From positions 154,628,001 through 154,692,000 of the forward strand of contig OZ296648.1 of assembly GCA_965655095.1 (NCBI GenBank): 64,000 nt of DNA, written 5' to 3'. Shown here piece by piece: positions 27,706 to 42,700 of the stretch; within the stretch, counting starts at the first letter, position 1, and each line of letters opens with the position of its first letter. This stretch comes from Haplodiscus bocki. Taxonomy: Eukaryota. The position numbers were made by a program, and so were the translations under genes. Under the pieces are notes generated by a model. It saw only the letters and a list, made by a program, of their open reading frames with translations, had not been told where the DNA came from and made no database searches.

Positions 27706-30700
27706 ACTTTTTCCGCCTTCCCATTTTGGTGAAGTTGCCTTTAAAAGATTCCAAACGCTTTTTTTCAAAACACTCTGTTTTGAGTGAGGGCCAATAAACC
27801 TCAGAATTAACGTGAACATTTTTCAAAAAACAATATCGTTTGATATGCTTTTCACAGCAAAATTGCTGCTTCCCGTGATTTTGAAACATATCAAACTATT
27901 TTTCGAAAAATCCGATGTTTTTCAACAAAAAAACCCAATTTCTGCACGGTTTGAGAAATGTTACATTTTCAATCGTAGTCTACGCAAAATTTGCTATAAA
28001 TAATTGAAGAGAGATTCAATTTCTGAATCGTCTTAAGAGAACGATTCCAATGTAAAAAGAGAAAAGCACAGATATTCGTTCACCAATAAACACGGTGCAA
28101 GTCAAGAGGAACAAGAGGAAAATACTTGAAGCAAAGCACTCAAATAGGAAAAAGTACAAAGAGTCGGTGGAAGAATTTCTCGGGGTCCTTGAATTTGAGA
28201 CAGTGGATGCTAGAACGCAAATAAATTGTGCAGAAGTTCTCTCATCAGTGACTTTTGAAGAGATTGGACGAAGTTGTCGAGCGCAAAGAGCCCCTGGAAC
28301 CATAGGAAAAGCTATGTTCTTATAAAATTGAGAGCGAAAAGCGGAGACAACTGTCAAAATTAGCATTTGAAAAAACTGATAAGCTAGCAAAATCAAACTT
28401 GTCAACTCATTTTTTGAGTTAAGTCAAACTTTTTGTGTCTAAACTTCTGTTTCAATGCGCCTGAAATTGGAGCTAAAACACTTCAAAAACAGGTCTGTTT
28501 ACCGAATTCGGGGATAAACACCGACTGATTTGAAATAGATTTGGTATCGCTATTGTTGCTGCCAGACACTCAGTACTTTTACTGAGGTTTTTCCGATTAA
28601 TTCTTGTCGAACGACAATTGAGAACGTTACTTTTTCGTCGAACGAGCATTGAGATTTTTAATCTTGCAAACAAACTGATTTTTAAAATTATCACATAACA
28701 AAGTGACAAAAAACCTTTGCACTCGAAAGTCCTTGTGGCTTTTTTTAAAAAAAACTACACGTTTTGATAAAACACGGCTCAAGTTTATCTGCAAGAAATG
28801 TATTTAGCTGGGTTTCAGAGCTAATCCTACCTGTTGTCTGTTTGTTGGCATCTGGAAAAGCACTGGATGGCCACAATACAACCAGTCTTTTTTTCAGAAG
28901 AACAATATAACAACTCCAAGAAGACGTAAAAGAATGGTTACTGAAATAACAAGACAAAATATTTTGCGTGGAAAGTACATAACGGGACTTCACTGAATTT
29001 ATGTCGGTTCTGCATAATGCGAGCAACTGAATGGGGTTTAGATGGCCAGAAGCCAACGAATATTCTTCGACAAAAGGCTTTTACTGAAAAAAAGCCAGAA
29101 AATCATATACAAAGTTGAGACTACTAGTCCATATATTTGGCGTGGAAAATATGTGACTAAAAATCCAGCATCTTAATTTTTGGGGATTTTGAATGAGCGC
29201 CTGATGGCGGCAATCCAATTGGTGTTTTCTGAAAACTCAAAATGACAAAATACCTGGCCTCCATTTTCCTGTCAATGTTTTGGAAACAACACACTTTTGA
29301 ACAGGAATCAAAATAATTTTGGATGCAATGAGTGGTCACCATCTTGGAAAACAGCCCAAAACAGGATGCGATTAAATGTAACAATTATGAAGAAACTGAA
29401 TCTGAGTACTTCATATTTGAATGGATGCTCCCACCACCAGAAGTACTTGGAATCTGAGATTAAACAGTGATGCTCCCTCTAGCTTGGGGGACAAGGGAGA
29501 GCAAAAACAGATAAAATAAACGACAAGCAGGTACCATTCTGATTCACTCAAGCAATTGGTTTTGCCTTGTCGGTCAATCAAGGGCGGTTTACGAAGAAAA
29601 ATCAAAATCTATATGCATTAAGTTTGACTAAATGCCGAAAAAATTTATCTGAAAAATTGTGATTGTTTCGATTTGAAAAGAGCTAACTTTATATTTTCTT
29701 CCACCTACTTTTATGATAAGGAAGGAGAATTATCCTCTCAGCGCGGTGCGTTTATTTGACGTTCACTTGCCAGCGTTCTACGCCAAATTTGCTGTAGTTA
29801 GTTGCTGAGACTTTTTCAATATGAGGATCGTCTTAAGGGAACGAGTTCAAGGTAAAAAGAGAAGGGGACAGATATCTCATTTACCACGAAAAATAGTGCA
29901 AGTCAAGGGGACCAAGAAAGAAAACCTTGAAGCAAAGCACTCAAACGGATAAAAAATGTTTTTTGAGTCAGTCAATGAAGTTTTGGAGCCCAATAAAATT
30001 GAGACAGTGGATCCCGGAACAAAAACAAGCTGTGAAGTTCTGTCATCAGTGACTTTTGAAGATATTGGACGACAGTGCAAGGAGCCCCTTGAATCACAAA
30101 AAAAGCTGTCTCCTTAAAAAAATTATAAACAAAAATGGAAACAAATGTCAAAACAGCATTTGAAAAAATTGATAAGCTAACAACTTGATACATGTTAACT
30201 CAAATTTTGAGTCAAGTTACACTTTTTTTCTAAACTTCTGTTTCAAAGCGCCTGACTTCATCGCAAAAGATCACACTAGAACAAGTAGGTTTACTGAATT
30301 GAGGGAGTGTCTTAGAGTGAGTTGAAACATACTTTGGTATCGCTTTTGTTGCTGCCAGACACTCAGTACTACCCCCGAAGTTCTTCTAATTCTTTTTTTT
30401 GCCGAACAAGCATTGAGAATATTACTCTTTCAAACAACCTAATCTAAAAAAGTACCAAATAAAAAAGTGACAGAAAACCTTTGCACTCGAAATTCTTTGT
30501 TGTTTGTTTGATTTAACTACAAGTTTTGAAAAAATGCACCTCAAGTTCTCCCGCAGGGAAAGTATTTAGCTGGATTCCTCGGCTACTCCTCCAATTTGCC
30601 AATTTCTGGGCGCTCAGACAAGCACTGGATAGCCACAATACAAACGGTTTTCTGTCAAAAGAACAACTCCGAGAAGACATAAAAGAATGGTTCTTCAAAG

Positions 30701-33700
30701 TACAAGACAAAATATTTTGCGTGGAAAGTACATAACAGGACTTTACTGTCTTTCTGTTGATATTGAAAATTGCGAGGAAGTGAATGGGTTCTAGATGTCA
30801 GACTCTAACGAAGACTCTTCGAAAGAGTGTTTTCAATGAAAAAAACCAGTGAAACTAACAAAAATTTCAGACTAGAAGTCCATAACATTGGCTTGTAAGG
30901 TATGTGACTAAAAAACCAGCATCTCAAATTTCTGGGGTTTCATATAAGTGTCTGATGGTGGCAACTCAATTGATGTTCTTTGAGCATTCAAAATCACAAA
31001 AAATGACCTCCATTTTGCTGCTCAATGTTTACGAAGCTTGCGCAGCAAACAACGCGAATTGAAAAAGTACTTTTCAAAAGCTGCAGGTTTTGGATAGTAT
31101 AAAAGAAATTAGGCATAGGCCGGTTGACGATGCGCAATCCTGTTTTCATTTCAAATCTTCTGGAAAAACTGGAATTTATGCGACCGATTTTCAATGAAAA
31201 AATGATTTAACCGAATTCAGTAATATCAACATTGCGTCAAACGCTCAGAGCGTTGAGAAATACGTGATTTTTCAAACTTTTCAAGAATAGAATTTGAGAG
31301 TCAACAAATTTTGAACGCGACGCAGGGTTATAATTTTGAAAAAGCAAAAATTAGATTGCGCTCTCCAATGACAAAACTGAGCAGATTTGAGAGTTTAAAT
31401 TACCATTTGGAATCGACGAAGCTAATAGCGGAGAGCAAGTTCAGACTAGTTTCGAGGGAGCGGGGTTAATTTGCTATAGGAACCAATAGTGGGATTCATT
31501 AAGCGCTGGGAATGGTTGAAAAACAAATTGGACTTTCGCACAATTTTTTTGCGTTGAAAACTACAAAACTATCAAACGTCCAAATTTTTTGAAACTCCGA
31601 AGCAATCAATGATCTACTGGTAAACTTTTTTGTTTTTTGAAAAAACTGCTGTTTTTGGACCCGTCCCGAAACAAAAACTTCCGGATGCAATGAGCGTCAA
31701 CATCTTGGAAAAAATGGGAGAATAGGACGCGAATAATTGTGACAATTCTGAGTAAACTGAATCGGAGTACCTGCATATTTGAGTCGATGCTCCCACCACC
31801 ACGAGTATTTGGAATCTAAGATTAAACAGTGACGTTCTCTCTAGCTTGGGGGACAAGGGAGAGCAAAAACAGATAAAAGAATTGACAAGCAGGTACCATT
31901 CTGATTCACTCACGCAATCACAAGAAAAAGTTAAATCTACATGCACTAAGTTTGATTTATTGCCGAAAAATTTTTCTGAAATTTTGAGAATGTTTTGATT
32001 TGAAAAGAGCCAACTTTGTATTTCTTTCCGCCTTTTTCTATGATAAGGAAGGAAAATCATCCGGTCAGCGCGGTACATTTCTCTTAAGTTCACTTGCCAG
32101 CATGACCGGAAAACGATTCTGAATTCGAAAAACTTTGAACACAAAATGAGAGAAAATTTGCCGTATAATGCAACTGATTTAGTAGGACTTCTCAAACGGG
32201 TACGAAAACTGGCATTTTTTGACAAAAAATGTTTTTTTTGAAGAAAGCCGATTTTGCTTAAAATTATACTTTGCTCTCGTTACTTTCGGTCCCACATTGT
32301 GAGAATAGAAAATATTTCAAAGGATAGTGCCATTTTAGGTTTTCAGCAAATTTTTAAATTCACTGAAAGTCACGTGAAATTGTGGGCGTGCACTTTACCA
32401 TTCGGATGCAAAAATTACACGCCATAGACGGATCAGAAGCTGAACTTGCAAGTTCAAAAGTTGAAGCCGTATCAAACAAGAGGGTCAGCTACCGCCGGCA
32501 CTTTTTCCGCTTTCCCAATTTGGTAAAGTTGCCTTTAAAAGAATTGAAACGCTTTTTTTTTCAAAACACTGTTGTGAGTGAGGGCCAAAAAACTTCATAA
32601 TTAACGCGAACGTTTTTAATAAAACAATATAAATTGATATGCTTCTACAGAAATTTTGCTGCCTTCAGTGATTTTGAAACTATTCAATTTATTTTTCGGA
32701 AAAACCAATCAATTTTTCAACAGAGAATCCCAATTTTTGTACGGTTGGTGAAATATTACACTTCCATTCGTTCTCTACGGCAAACTTGTTGTAGTTAGTT
32801 GATGAGATTTTTTCAATTTGAGGATCGTCCTAAAAGAACGAGTTTAAGGTAAAAAGAGAAAGGGACAGATAAGTCGTTTACTAAGAAAAATGGTGCAGGT
32901 CAAGGGAAGCAAGAGAGAAATACTAGAAGCAAAGCACTCAAATGGGGAAAAGTACACAGAGAGTCGGTGAATGAACTTTTCGAGCTCAATAAATTTGAGA
33001 CAGTGGATCCCAGAGCCCGAACAAATTTTGCGGAAGTTCTCTCATCAATAAATTTTGAAGAGATCGGACGAAGGTGTCGAGCGCAAAAAGCCCCTGGGTA
33101 CATAGGAAAAGCTGTCTCCTTAAAAAATGGAAAGCGAAAAACGGACACAACTGTCAAAATCAGCAGTTGAAAAAACTGATAAGCTACCAACTTGAAATTT
33201 GTTAACTCATTTTTTAAGTCAAGTTAAAGTTTTTGTTTCTAAACTTCTGGTTTAATGAGCCTGATTTGAGGCAAAAAAAAATACTACTAAAGCAAGTATG
33301 TTTACCGAATTCCAGGATAGCCACCGAGTGATTTCGAATAGATTCGGTATCGCTATTGTTAGTGCCAGACACTCAGTACTATTACTGATGTTTTTCTGAT
33401 TAATTTTTGTCGAACGAGCCTTGACATTATTACTCTTTCAGGCAAACTGATTTTTAAAATCACAAAACAAAGTGAAAAAAAAACCTTTGCACTCAGAAAT
33501 CCTTGTTGTTTTTTTTTCTTATAAAACTACAAAATTTGATAAAATGCGGCTCAAGTTTACCGGAAAGCAAGGTAATTAGCTGGGTTTCACGGCCTCTCCT
33601 CCCTTTTGCCTTTTTGTGGGCTTTTGGACAAACACTGGATGGCCACAATACAAACAGTATCGTTTCAGAAAAACAACTCCGAGAAGACATAAAAGAATGG

Positions 33701-36700
33701 TGTTTGAAATTACAAGACAAAATATTTTGGGTGGAAAGTAAATAAGGGGATTTACTGTTTTTCCGTTGATTTTGCAATTTGCGAGCAAGTGAATGGCATC
33801 TAGTTGGTCAGAGTCTAACGAATATTCTTCCAAAAGGTGCTTTCAGTGAAAAAAACCATTGGAACTAACATAAATTTTAGACTGCAAACCCATAAATTTG
33901 GCTGAAAAGTATGTGACTAAAAATCCAGCATCTCAAATTTCTGGGGTTTTATTTAAGTGCCTGATGGTGGCAATTCAATTGGGGTTCTTCGAGCATTCAA
34001 AATCCCAAAAAATTTGCCTCCACTTTGCGGCTCAATGTTTACGAAGCTTGCGCAGTAGACAACGCGACTTGAACAAGTACCTGCCAAAAACTGCAGGTTT
34101 TGGATATTATAAAAAAATTATGCAAAAACCGATTGACGATGCACATTCCTGTTTTCATTCAGAATATGTGGAAAAACTGGAATTTATGAGAGCGATTCTC
34201 AATGAAAAAATGATTTGATCGAATTCAGTAATATCAACATTGCGTCAAACGCTCAGAGTGTTGAGAAATACGTGATTTTTCAAACTTTGCATGAATGCAG
34301 TTTGAGAGTCAACTTTTTTCGAACGCGATGCAGGGTCATAATTTTGAAGAAATGAAAACTAGATTGCGTAATCCAGTGACAAAACTGAGCATATTTGAGA
34401 GTATAAATTACCGGTTGGATTCAAAGAAGTGACTAGCGGAGAGCGGGTTCGGACTAGTTTCGAGAGAGCGGGGGTAAAAGAGATATCGGAGCCAATAGTG
34501 GAATTGATTAGGCGCTACAAATGGTTGACAAACATATTGGACTTTCGCACAATTTCATTGCATTTGAAACTACAAAACAACCAAACGTACAATTTTTTGA
34601 AACTCCGAAGCAATCAATGGTCTACTGGTAAAATTTTTGCACTTTCAAAAACTTGCAGTTTTTGGACCCGTCTGGAAACAAAAAATTCCGGACGCAAAGA
34701 GTGTCACTATCTTGGAAGAAGTCGAAGAATAGGATGCAAAAAGTAGTGACAGTTCTGAGGAAACTGAATCTGAGTACTTGCATATTCGAATCGATGCTTC
34801 CGCCACCACAAGTACTTGGAATCTCAGCCTAAAGAGAGACGCTTTCTCTAGCTTCGGGACGAGGTAAAGTGCAAACAGATAAAATGAACAACAAGCAGGT
34901 ACCACTCTGATTCACTCAAGCAATCAGCCTTGCCCTGTCGGTCAAGGACGGGCCGTTTGCAAAAGAAAAAAACTCTATATGCATTAAGTTTGAATTAATG
35001 CCGAAAAAAAGATAGATGAAACATTGTTTTTTTGTCGATTTGAAACGAGCTAAATTTATATTTTTTCCCGCCTGTTTTAATATTAAAAAAAGCAAAGTCA
35101 TCATTTTGGCGCGGTGAGTTTTTTTGCGTTTAGTCGCCAGCATGGTCGGAAACCGATTGTGAATTCGAAAAACTTTCTAACACAAAAGAATAGCAAATTT
35201 GCCGTATAATGCAAGTGATTTAGGATTTCTCAACTGGGTACGAAAACTGGGATTTTTTGAGAACAAAGTTTTTTTTAATGAAATTCCAGTTTTCCTTAAA
35301 ATTGTACCTTGCTCTCGTTACTTTCTGTCCCGTAGTGTAAGAAAAGAAAATGTTTCAATGCAAAGTGCCGTTTTAAGTTTTTAGCAAGTTTTCAACTTCA
35401 CTGAAAATGACATTAGTTTGCGGGCGTGAATTTTACCATCCGGATGCAAAATCAGACGCCATCGACGAATCGAACCCTAAACCTGCAGGTTAATTTGTTG
35501 AAGCCTTATCAAGCAAGAGGGTCGGCTACCGCCGGCACATTTTCCGCTTTCCCATTTTGGTAAAAATGCCGTTAAAGGAATCCAAGGCCTTTTATATCAA
35601 AACACTCACTTTTGAGTGGGGGCGAAAAAAATTCACAATTAGCGTGAAAGTTTTTTTTAGAAAACAAAATAATCTGACATATTTTTACAGCAAATTTGCT
35701 GCCTCCCGTGATTTTGAAACACTTCACACTGTTTTTCGAAAAATACAATCGGCTTTCCTACAGAAAACCCCAATTTTTGTACGGTTTGTGAAATGTTACA
35801 TTTTCATTCGTATTCTACGCCAAATTTGCCATACTTAGTTGATGAGAGTTTTTCAGTTTCAGAATCGTCCTAAGCGAACGAGTTCAAGGTAAAAAGAGAA
35901 AGAGACATATCTCGTTTACCAAGAAAAACGTTGCATGTCAAGGGGAAAAAGAGAGAACTACTTGAAGCAAAGTACTCAAATGGGGAAAACTACATAAACA
36001 GTCTGTGGATGAACTTTTCGAGCGCATTGTTTTTGACACAGTGGATACTAGAACCCGAACAAATTGTGCAGAAATTCTCCCAACAGGGACTTTTGAAGAG
36101 ATTGGACGAAGGTGTTGAGCTTAAAGAACCCCTAGAATCATAGGAAAAGCTGTCTTCCTAAAAAATCGAAAGCCAAAAACGGGGACAACTGTCAAAATAG
36201 GCATTTGAAAAAACTGATGAGCTAGCAATTTGAAACTTTTGAACTCATTTTTTGAATCAAGTTAAATTTTTGTTTCTAAACTTCTGTTTCAATGCGCCTG
36301 ACTTTTGAGCTAAAAAAACTTCTAAAACAAGTACGCTTACCGAATTTGGGGAGGACTACAGAGTGATTTGAAAAAAAATTGGTATCACTATTGTTGCTGC
36401 CAGACACTCAGTACTTTTACTGATAATTTTCTGATCAGTAAATACTTTTACTGATTCGATTCTTTTTGTCGAACGAGCCTTGAGATTATTACACTTTCAA
36501 ACAAACTGATTTATTAAAATATCACATAACGAAGTGACAAAGAAGCTTTGCACTCGAAAGTCCTTGTTGTTTTTTTTCTTACAAAACTACAAGTTTTGAT
36601 AAAATGCGGCTCAAGTTTACCTGCAAGCAATGTATTTAGCTGGGTTTCACGGCCACTCCACCCTTTTGTCATTTTGTGGGCTTTTGGACAAACACTGGAT

Positions 36701-39700
36701 GGCCACAATACAAGCAGTTTTTTTCAGAAAAACAACAAAACAACTCCAAGAAGACATAAAAGATTGGTTATTGAAATAACAAGACAAAAAATTTCGCGTG
36801 GAAAATACATAACGGGACTTTATTGTCTTTTTGTTGATTTTACATATTGCAAGCAAGTGAATGGGATGTAGATGGTCAAAATCCAACGAAGAATTTTCAA
36901 AAAAGTGCTTTCATTGAAAAAAACCCAGTAAAATTAACACAATTTTTAGACTAGAAGTCGATAAATTTGACTTGGAAGGTACGTGACTAAAAATCCAGCA
37001 ACTCAAATTTCTGGGGTTTTATTTAAGTGCCTGATGGTGGCAATTCAATTGGGGTTCTTCGAGCATTCAAAATCCCAAAAAATTTGCCTCCACTTTGCGG
37101 CTCAATGTTTACGAAGCTTGCGCAGTAGACAACGCGACTTGAACAAGTACCTGCCAAAAACTGCAGGTTTTGGATATTATAAAAAAATTATGCAAAAACC
37201 GATTGACGATGCACATTCCTGTTTTCAGAATATGTGGAAAAACTGGAATTTATGAGAGCGATTCTCAATGAAAAAATGATTTGATCGAATTCAGCATTAT
37301 TAACATTGCGTCAAACGCTGATAGCGTTGAAAAATACGTGATATTTCAAACTTTGCAAGAATGCAATTTGAGAGTCAACTATTTTCGAACTCGACGCAGG
37401 GTCATTGATTTGAAAAAACGGAAACTAGATTGCGTAATCCAATGACGAAAATGAGCATATTTGAGAGTACAAATTACCAATCGGATTTGAAGGAGTGACT
37501 AGCGGAGAGCGGCTTCGCACTAGTTTCGAAGGAGTGGGGGTAAAAAAAGATATGGAAACCAAGAGTGGGAATCTTTTGGGCGCCACCAGGGGTTGAAAGA
37601 CTAATTGGACTTTCCCACAATTTTATTGCGTTGAAAACTACAGTACAATCAAACGTCCAAAAACTTGAAACTCCGAAGCAATCAATGGTCTTCTGGTAAA
37701 CTTTTTTGTATTTTCAAAAAATTGCAGTATTTGGACCCGTCCCGAAACAAAAAATTCCGGATGCAATGAGCGTCACCATCTTGGAAAAGGTCGAAGAATA
37801 AGATGCGAAACATTGTGATAGTTGTGAGAAAACTGAACCTGAGTACTTGCATATTTGAGTCAAATGCTCCCACTACCACAAGTACTTGGAATCTAAGACT
37901 AAACAGTGATGCTCTCTCTAGCTTGAAGACAAGGGGTAGCAAAAACAGATAAAATAATCGACAAGCAGGTACCATTCTGATTCCCTCAAGCAATCAACCT
38001 TGCCCCATCGGTCAATCAATGGCCCTTTGGGAAGAAAAAGTAAAATCTATATGCAATAAATTTGACTTAATGCAGAAAAGAAATCATCTGAAATATTGTG
38101 ATTGCTTCGATTGGATAAGAACAAAATTTAGAATTTTTTCCGCCTTTTTTATGATAAGGAAGGAAAATCATCCTTTCAGCGCAGTCCATTGTTTTATATT
38201 CACCTGCTAGCATGTCCAGAAACCAATTCTGAATTTGAAAAACTTTCTAACACAAAAGAATAGCAAATTTGCCGTAAACCGCAAGTGATTTAGGATTTCT
38301 CAAATGGGTACGAAAACTGGGATTTTTTGAGAAATGTTTTTTTTAAGAAATTCCGGTTTTGCTCATAATCGTACCTTGCTCTCGTTACTTTTTGTCCCAT
38401 ATTCTAAGAATAGAAAATATTTCAATGGATAGTGCCGTCTTAAGTTTTCAGCATTATTTCAAATTCACTGAAAATGACGTAAAAATGTGGGCGTGAGTTC
38501 CACTGTTCGGATTCAAAAGTTACACGCCATAGACGGATCCAACCCTAAACCTGCAGGTACAAATGTTGAATCCGTATCAAACGATTGGGTCGGCTACCGC
38601 TAGCACATTTTCCGCTTTCCCCTTTTGGTAAAGATGCCTTTAAAGGAATTCAAGCGCTTTTTTTTCAAAAAACTGTCTTTTCAGTGATGGCCTAAAAACC
38701 TCACAATTAAGGTAATTGTTTTTTTTGAAAAATAATATAAATTGATATGTTTTCTGCAGCAAAATTGCTGCCGTCAATGATTTCGAAACAATTCAATTTT
38801 TTTTTTGAAAAGTCCGATCAATTTTTCAACAGAAAGCCCCATTTTTTTGTACGATTTGTGAATTGTTATATTTCCCTTCGTAATCTACGCCAAATTTGCC
38901 ATACTTAGTTGATAAGAGCTTTTCAATTTCAGAATCGTCCTAAGAGAACGAGTTCAAGGTAAAAAGAGAAAGAGACAGATATCTCGTATACCAAGAAAGA
39001 TGGTGCAGGTCAAAGAGAACAAGAGAGAAATGTTTGAAGCAAAGCACTCAAAGGCGGAAAACTACACAAACAGTCTGTGGATGAACTTTTCGAGCGCATT
39101 GTTTTTGACACAGTGGATACTAGAACCTGAACAAATTGTGACGAAACTCTCCCAAGTGACTTTTGAACGGATTGGACGAAGGTGTCGAGCGAAAAGAACC
39201 CCTAGAATCAAAGGAAAAGCTGTCTTCTTAAAATCGAAAGCGAAAAACGGATACGGCTGTCGAAATCAGCATTTTAAAAAATTGATTAGCTTGCAAATTG
39301 AAACTTGATAACTCATTTTTTAAGTCCAGTTAATCTTCTTGTTTCCTAACTTCTGTTTCAATCCGCCTGACTTTGAAGCCAAAATTACTTCTAAAACAAG
39401 TATGTTTACCGAACTCGGGGAGGGCCACAGGGTGATTTGAAAAAAAAATGCGGTATCGCTTTTGTTCTTGCCAGACACTCAAGACTTTTACTGATGTTTT
39501 TCTGATCAATTTTTGTCGAACGAGCTTTGAATATATTACTCTTTCAAACAAACTGATTTAATAAAAAATCACATAACGAACTGACAAAGAACCTTGGCAC
39601 TCAAAAGTCCTTGTTATTTTTTTTCAAACAAAAATTTAGGTTTTGATAAGAACCGGCTCAAGTTTACCTGCAAGGAATGTATTTAGCTGGGTTTCAGGGT

Positions 39701-42700
39701 TACTCCTCCCTTTTGCTTTTTGTGGGCTTTTGGACAAACACTGGATGGCCACAATACAAACAGTATTGCTTCAGAAGCACAACTCATTGAAGACAAAAAA
39801 TATTGGTGTTTGAAATTACAAGACAAAATATTTTGCGTGGAAAGTACATAACGGGACTTTACTGTCTTTCTATTGATTTTGCAAATTGCGAGCAAGTGCA
39901 TGGGATCTAGATGGTCAGAATCCAACGAATAATCTTCGAAGAAGTGCTTTCAGTGAAAAAAATCAATCAAACTAATACAACTTTGAGACTGGAAATCCAA
40001 TAACTTGGCTTGGAAGGTATGTGGTTAAAATCCAGCATCTCAATTTTTCAAGAATCGAATTTGAGAATCAACAATTTTCGAACGCATTAAGATTGCGTAA
40101 TCTATTGACAAAACTGAGCATATTTGAGAGTATAAATTACCAGTTGGAGCTGAAAAAGTGATTTGCTGAGAGTGGGTTTGCACTAGTTTCGAGAGAGCGG
40201 GGGTAAAAAACAAATAGGAACCAATAGTGGGATTCATTAGGCGCTACGAATGGTTGAAAAACCAATTGGACTTTCGCAAAATTTTATTGCGTTGGAAACT
40301 ACAGTACAATCAAACGTTCAAAAATTTGAAACTCCGAAGCAATCAATGGTCTTCTGGTAAACTTTTTTGTATTTTCAAAAAATTGCAGTTTTTGGACCCG
40401 TCCCGAAACAAAAAATTCCGGATGCAATGAGCGTCACCATCTTGGAAAAGGTCGAAGAATAAGATGCGAAACATTGTGATAGTTGTGAGAAAACTGAACC
40501 TGAGTACTTGCATATTTGAGTCAAATGCTCCCACTACCACAAGTACTTGGAATCTAAGACTAAACAGTGATGCTCTCTCTAGCTTGAAGACAAGGGGTAG
40601 CAAAAACAGATAAAATAATCGACAAGCAGGTACCATTCTGATTCCCTCAAGCAATCAACCTTGCCCCATCGGTCAATCAAGGGCCCTTTGGGAAGAAAAA
40701 GTAAAATCTATATGCAATAAATTTGACTTAATGCAGAAAAGAAATCATCTGAAATATTGTGATTGCTTCGATTGGATAAGAACAAAATTTAGAATTTTTT
40801 CCGCCTTTTTTATGATAAGGAAGGAAAATCATCCTTTCAGCGCAGTCCATTGTTTTATATTCACCTGCTAGCATGTCCAGAAACCAATTCTGAATTTGAA
40901 AAACTAACACAAAAGAATAGCAAATTTGCCGTAAACCGCAAGTGATTTAGGATTTCTCAAATGGGTACGAAAACTGGGATTTTTTGAGAAATGTTTTCTT
41001 AAGAAATTCCGGTTTTGCTCATAATCGTACCTTGCTCTCGTTACTTTTTGTCCCATATTGTAAGAATAGAAAACATTTCAATGGATAGTGCCGTCTTAAG
41101 TTTTCAGCATTATTTCAAATACACTGAAAATGACGTAAAAACGTGGGCGTGAGTTCCACCGTTCGGATTCAAAAGTCACACGCCATAGACGGATCCAATC
41201 CTAAACCTGCAGGTACAAATGTTGAATCCGTATCAAACAATTGGGTCGGCTACCGCCAGCACATTTTCCGCTTTCCCCTTTTGGTAAAGATGCCTTTAAA
41301 GGAATCCAAGCGGTTTTTTTCAAAACACATTCTTTTGAGTGATGGCCAAAAAACCTCTTAGTTAACGTGAACATCTTCTGAAAAACAATATAATTTGATG
41401 TGTTTTCTACAGCAAACTTGCTGCCGTCAGTGACTTTGAAGTAAGTCAATTCATTTTCGGAAAAAGCCGATCATTTTTTCAACAGAAAACTCCAATTTTG
41501 GAACGGTTGGAGAACTGTTACATTTTCAGCCGTATTCTACGCCAAATTTGCTATAATTAGTTTATGAGCGATTTTCAATTTCGGAATCGTCTTAAGAGAA
41601 CGAGTTCACGGTAAAAAGAGAAAGGGACAGATATCTCGTTTACCAAGAAACGTGGTGCAGGTCAAGGGGAACAAGACAGAAATACTTTAAGCAACGCACT
41701 CAAATGGGGAAAAGTACATAAAGAGTCGGTGAATGAAGTTCTCTAGCTCATTGATTTTGAGACAGTGGATCATAGAACCCGGAAAAATGTGCAGAAATTC
41801 TCTCATCAGTGACTTTTGAAGAGATTGGACGCATGTGTTGAGCGCAGAGAGCCCCTGGAATTATAGGAAGAGCTGTATTCTTATAAAATTGTAAGCGAAA
41901 AACGGCGACATTTGTCAAAATAGGCATTTGAAGAAACTGATAAGCTAGCAATTTGAGACTTGTTAACTCATTTTTTGAATCAAGTTAAATTTTTGTTTCT
42001 AAACTTCTGTTTCAATGCGCCTGACTTTGGAGCTAAAAAAACTTCTAAAACAAGCATGTTTACCGAAGTCCGGGAGGGCCACAGAGTGATTTGAAGTAGA
42101 TTTGGTATCGCTATTCTTGCTGCCAGAGACTCAATACTTCTAATGAGGTTTATCTGATTATTTTTTGTCGAAAGAGCATTGAGAAAATTACTCTTTCAAA
42201 GAAACTGATTTATCAATTTATCACATCATAATGTAACAAAAAACCTTTGCATTCGAGAGTCCTTGTGGTTTTTTTCTAACAAAAACTTAAGGTTTGATAA
42301 AATCCGGCTCAAGTTTACATGCAAGGAATGTATTTAGCTGGGTTTCCCGGCTACTCCTCCCTTTTGCCTCTTTTGTTGGCATTTGGACAAGCACTGGATG
42401 GTCATAATACAAGCAGTATTGTTTCAGAAAAACAACTCCGACAAGACATAGAAAAACGGTTTTCCAAACTGCAAGACAAGATTTTGTACGTGGAAAGAAA
42501 ATAACGGGACTTCACTGCCTTTCTGTTGATTTTGCAAATTGCGAGCAACCGACTGGGATCTAGATGGTCAGAATCCAACGAATAATCTTCGAAGAAGTGC
42601 TTTCAGTGAAAAAAATCAATCAAACTAATACAACTTTGAAACTGGAAATCCAAAAACTTGGCTTGGAAGGTATGTGGTTAAAATCCAGCATCTCACTTTT

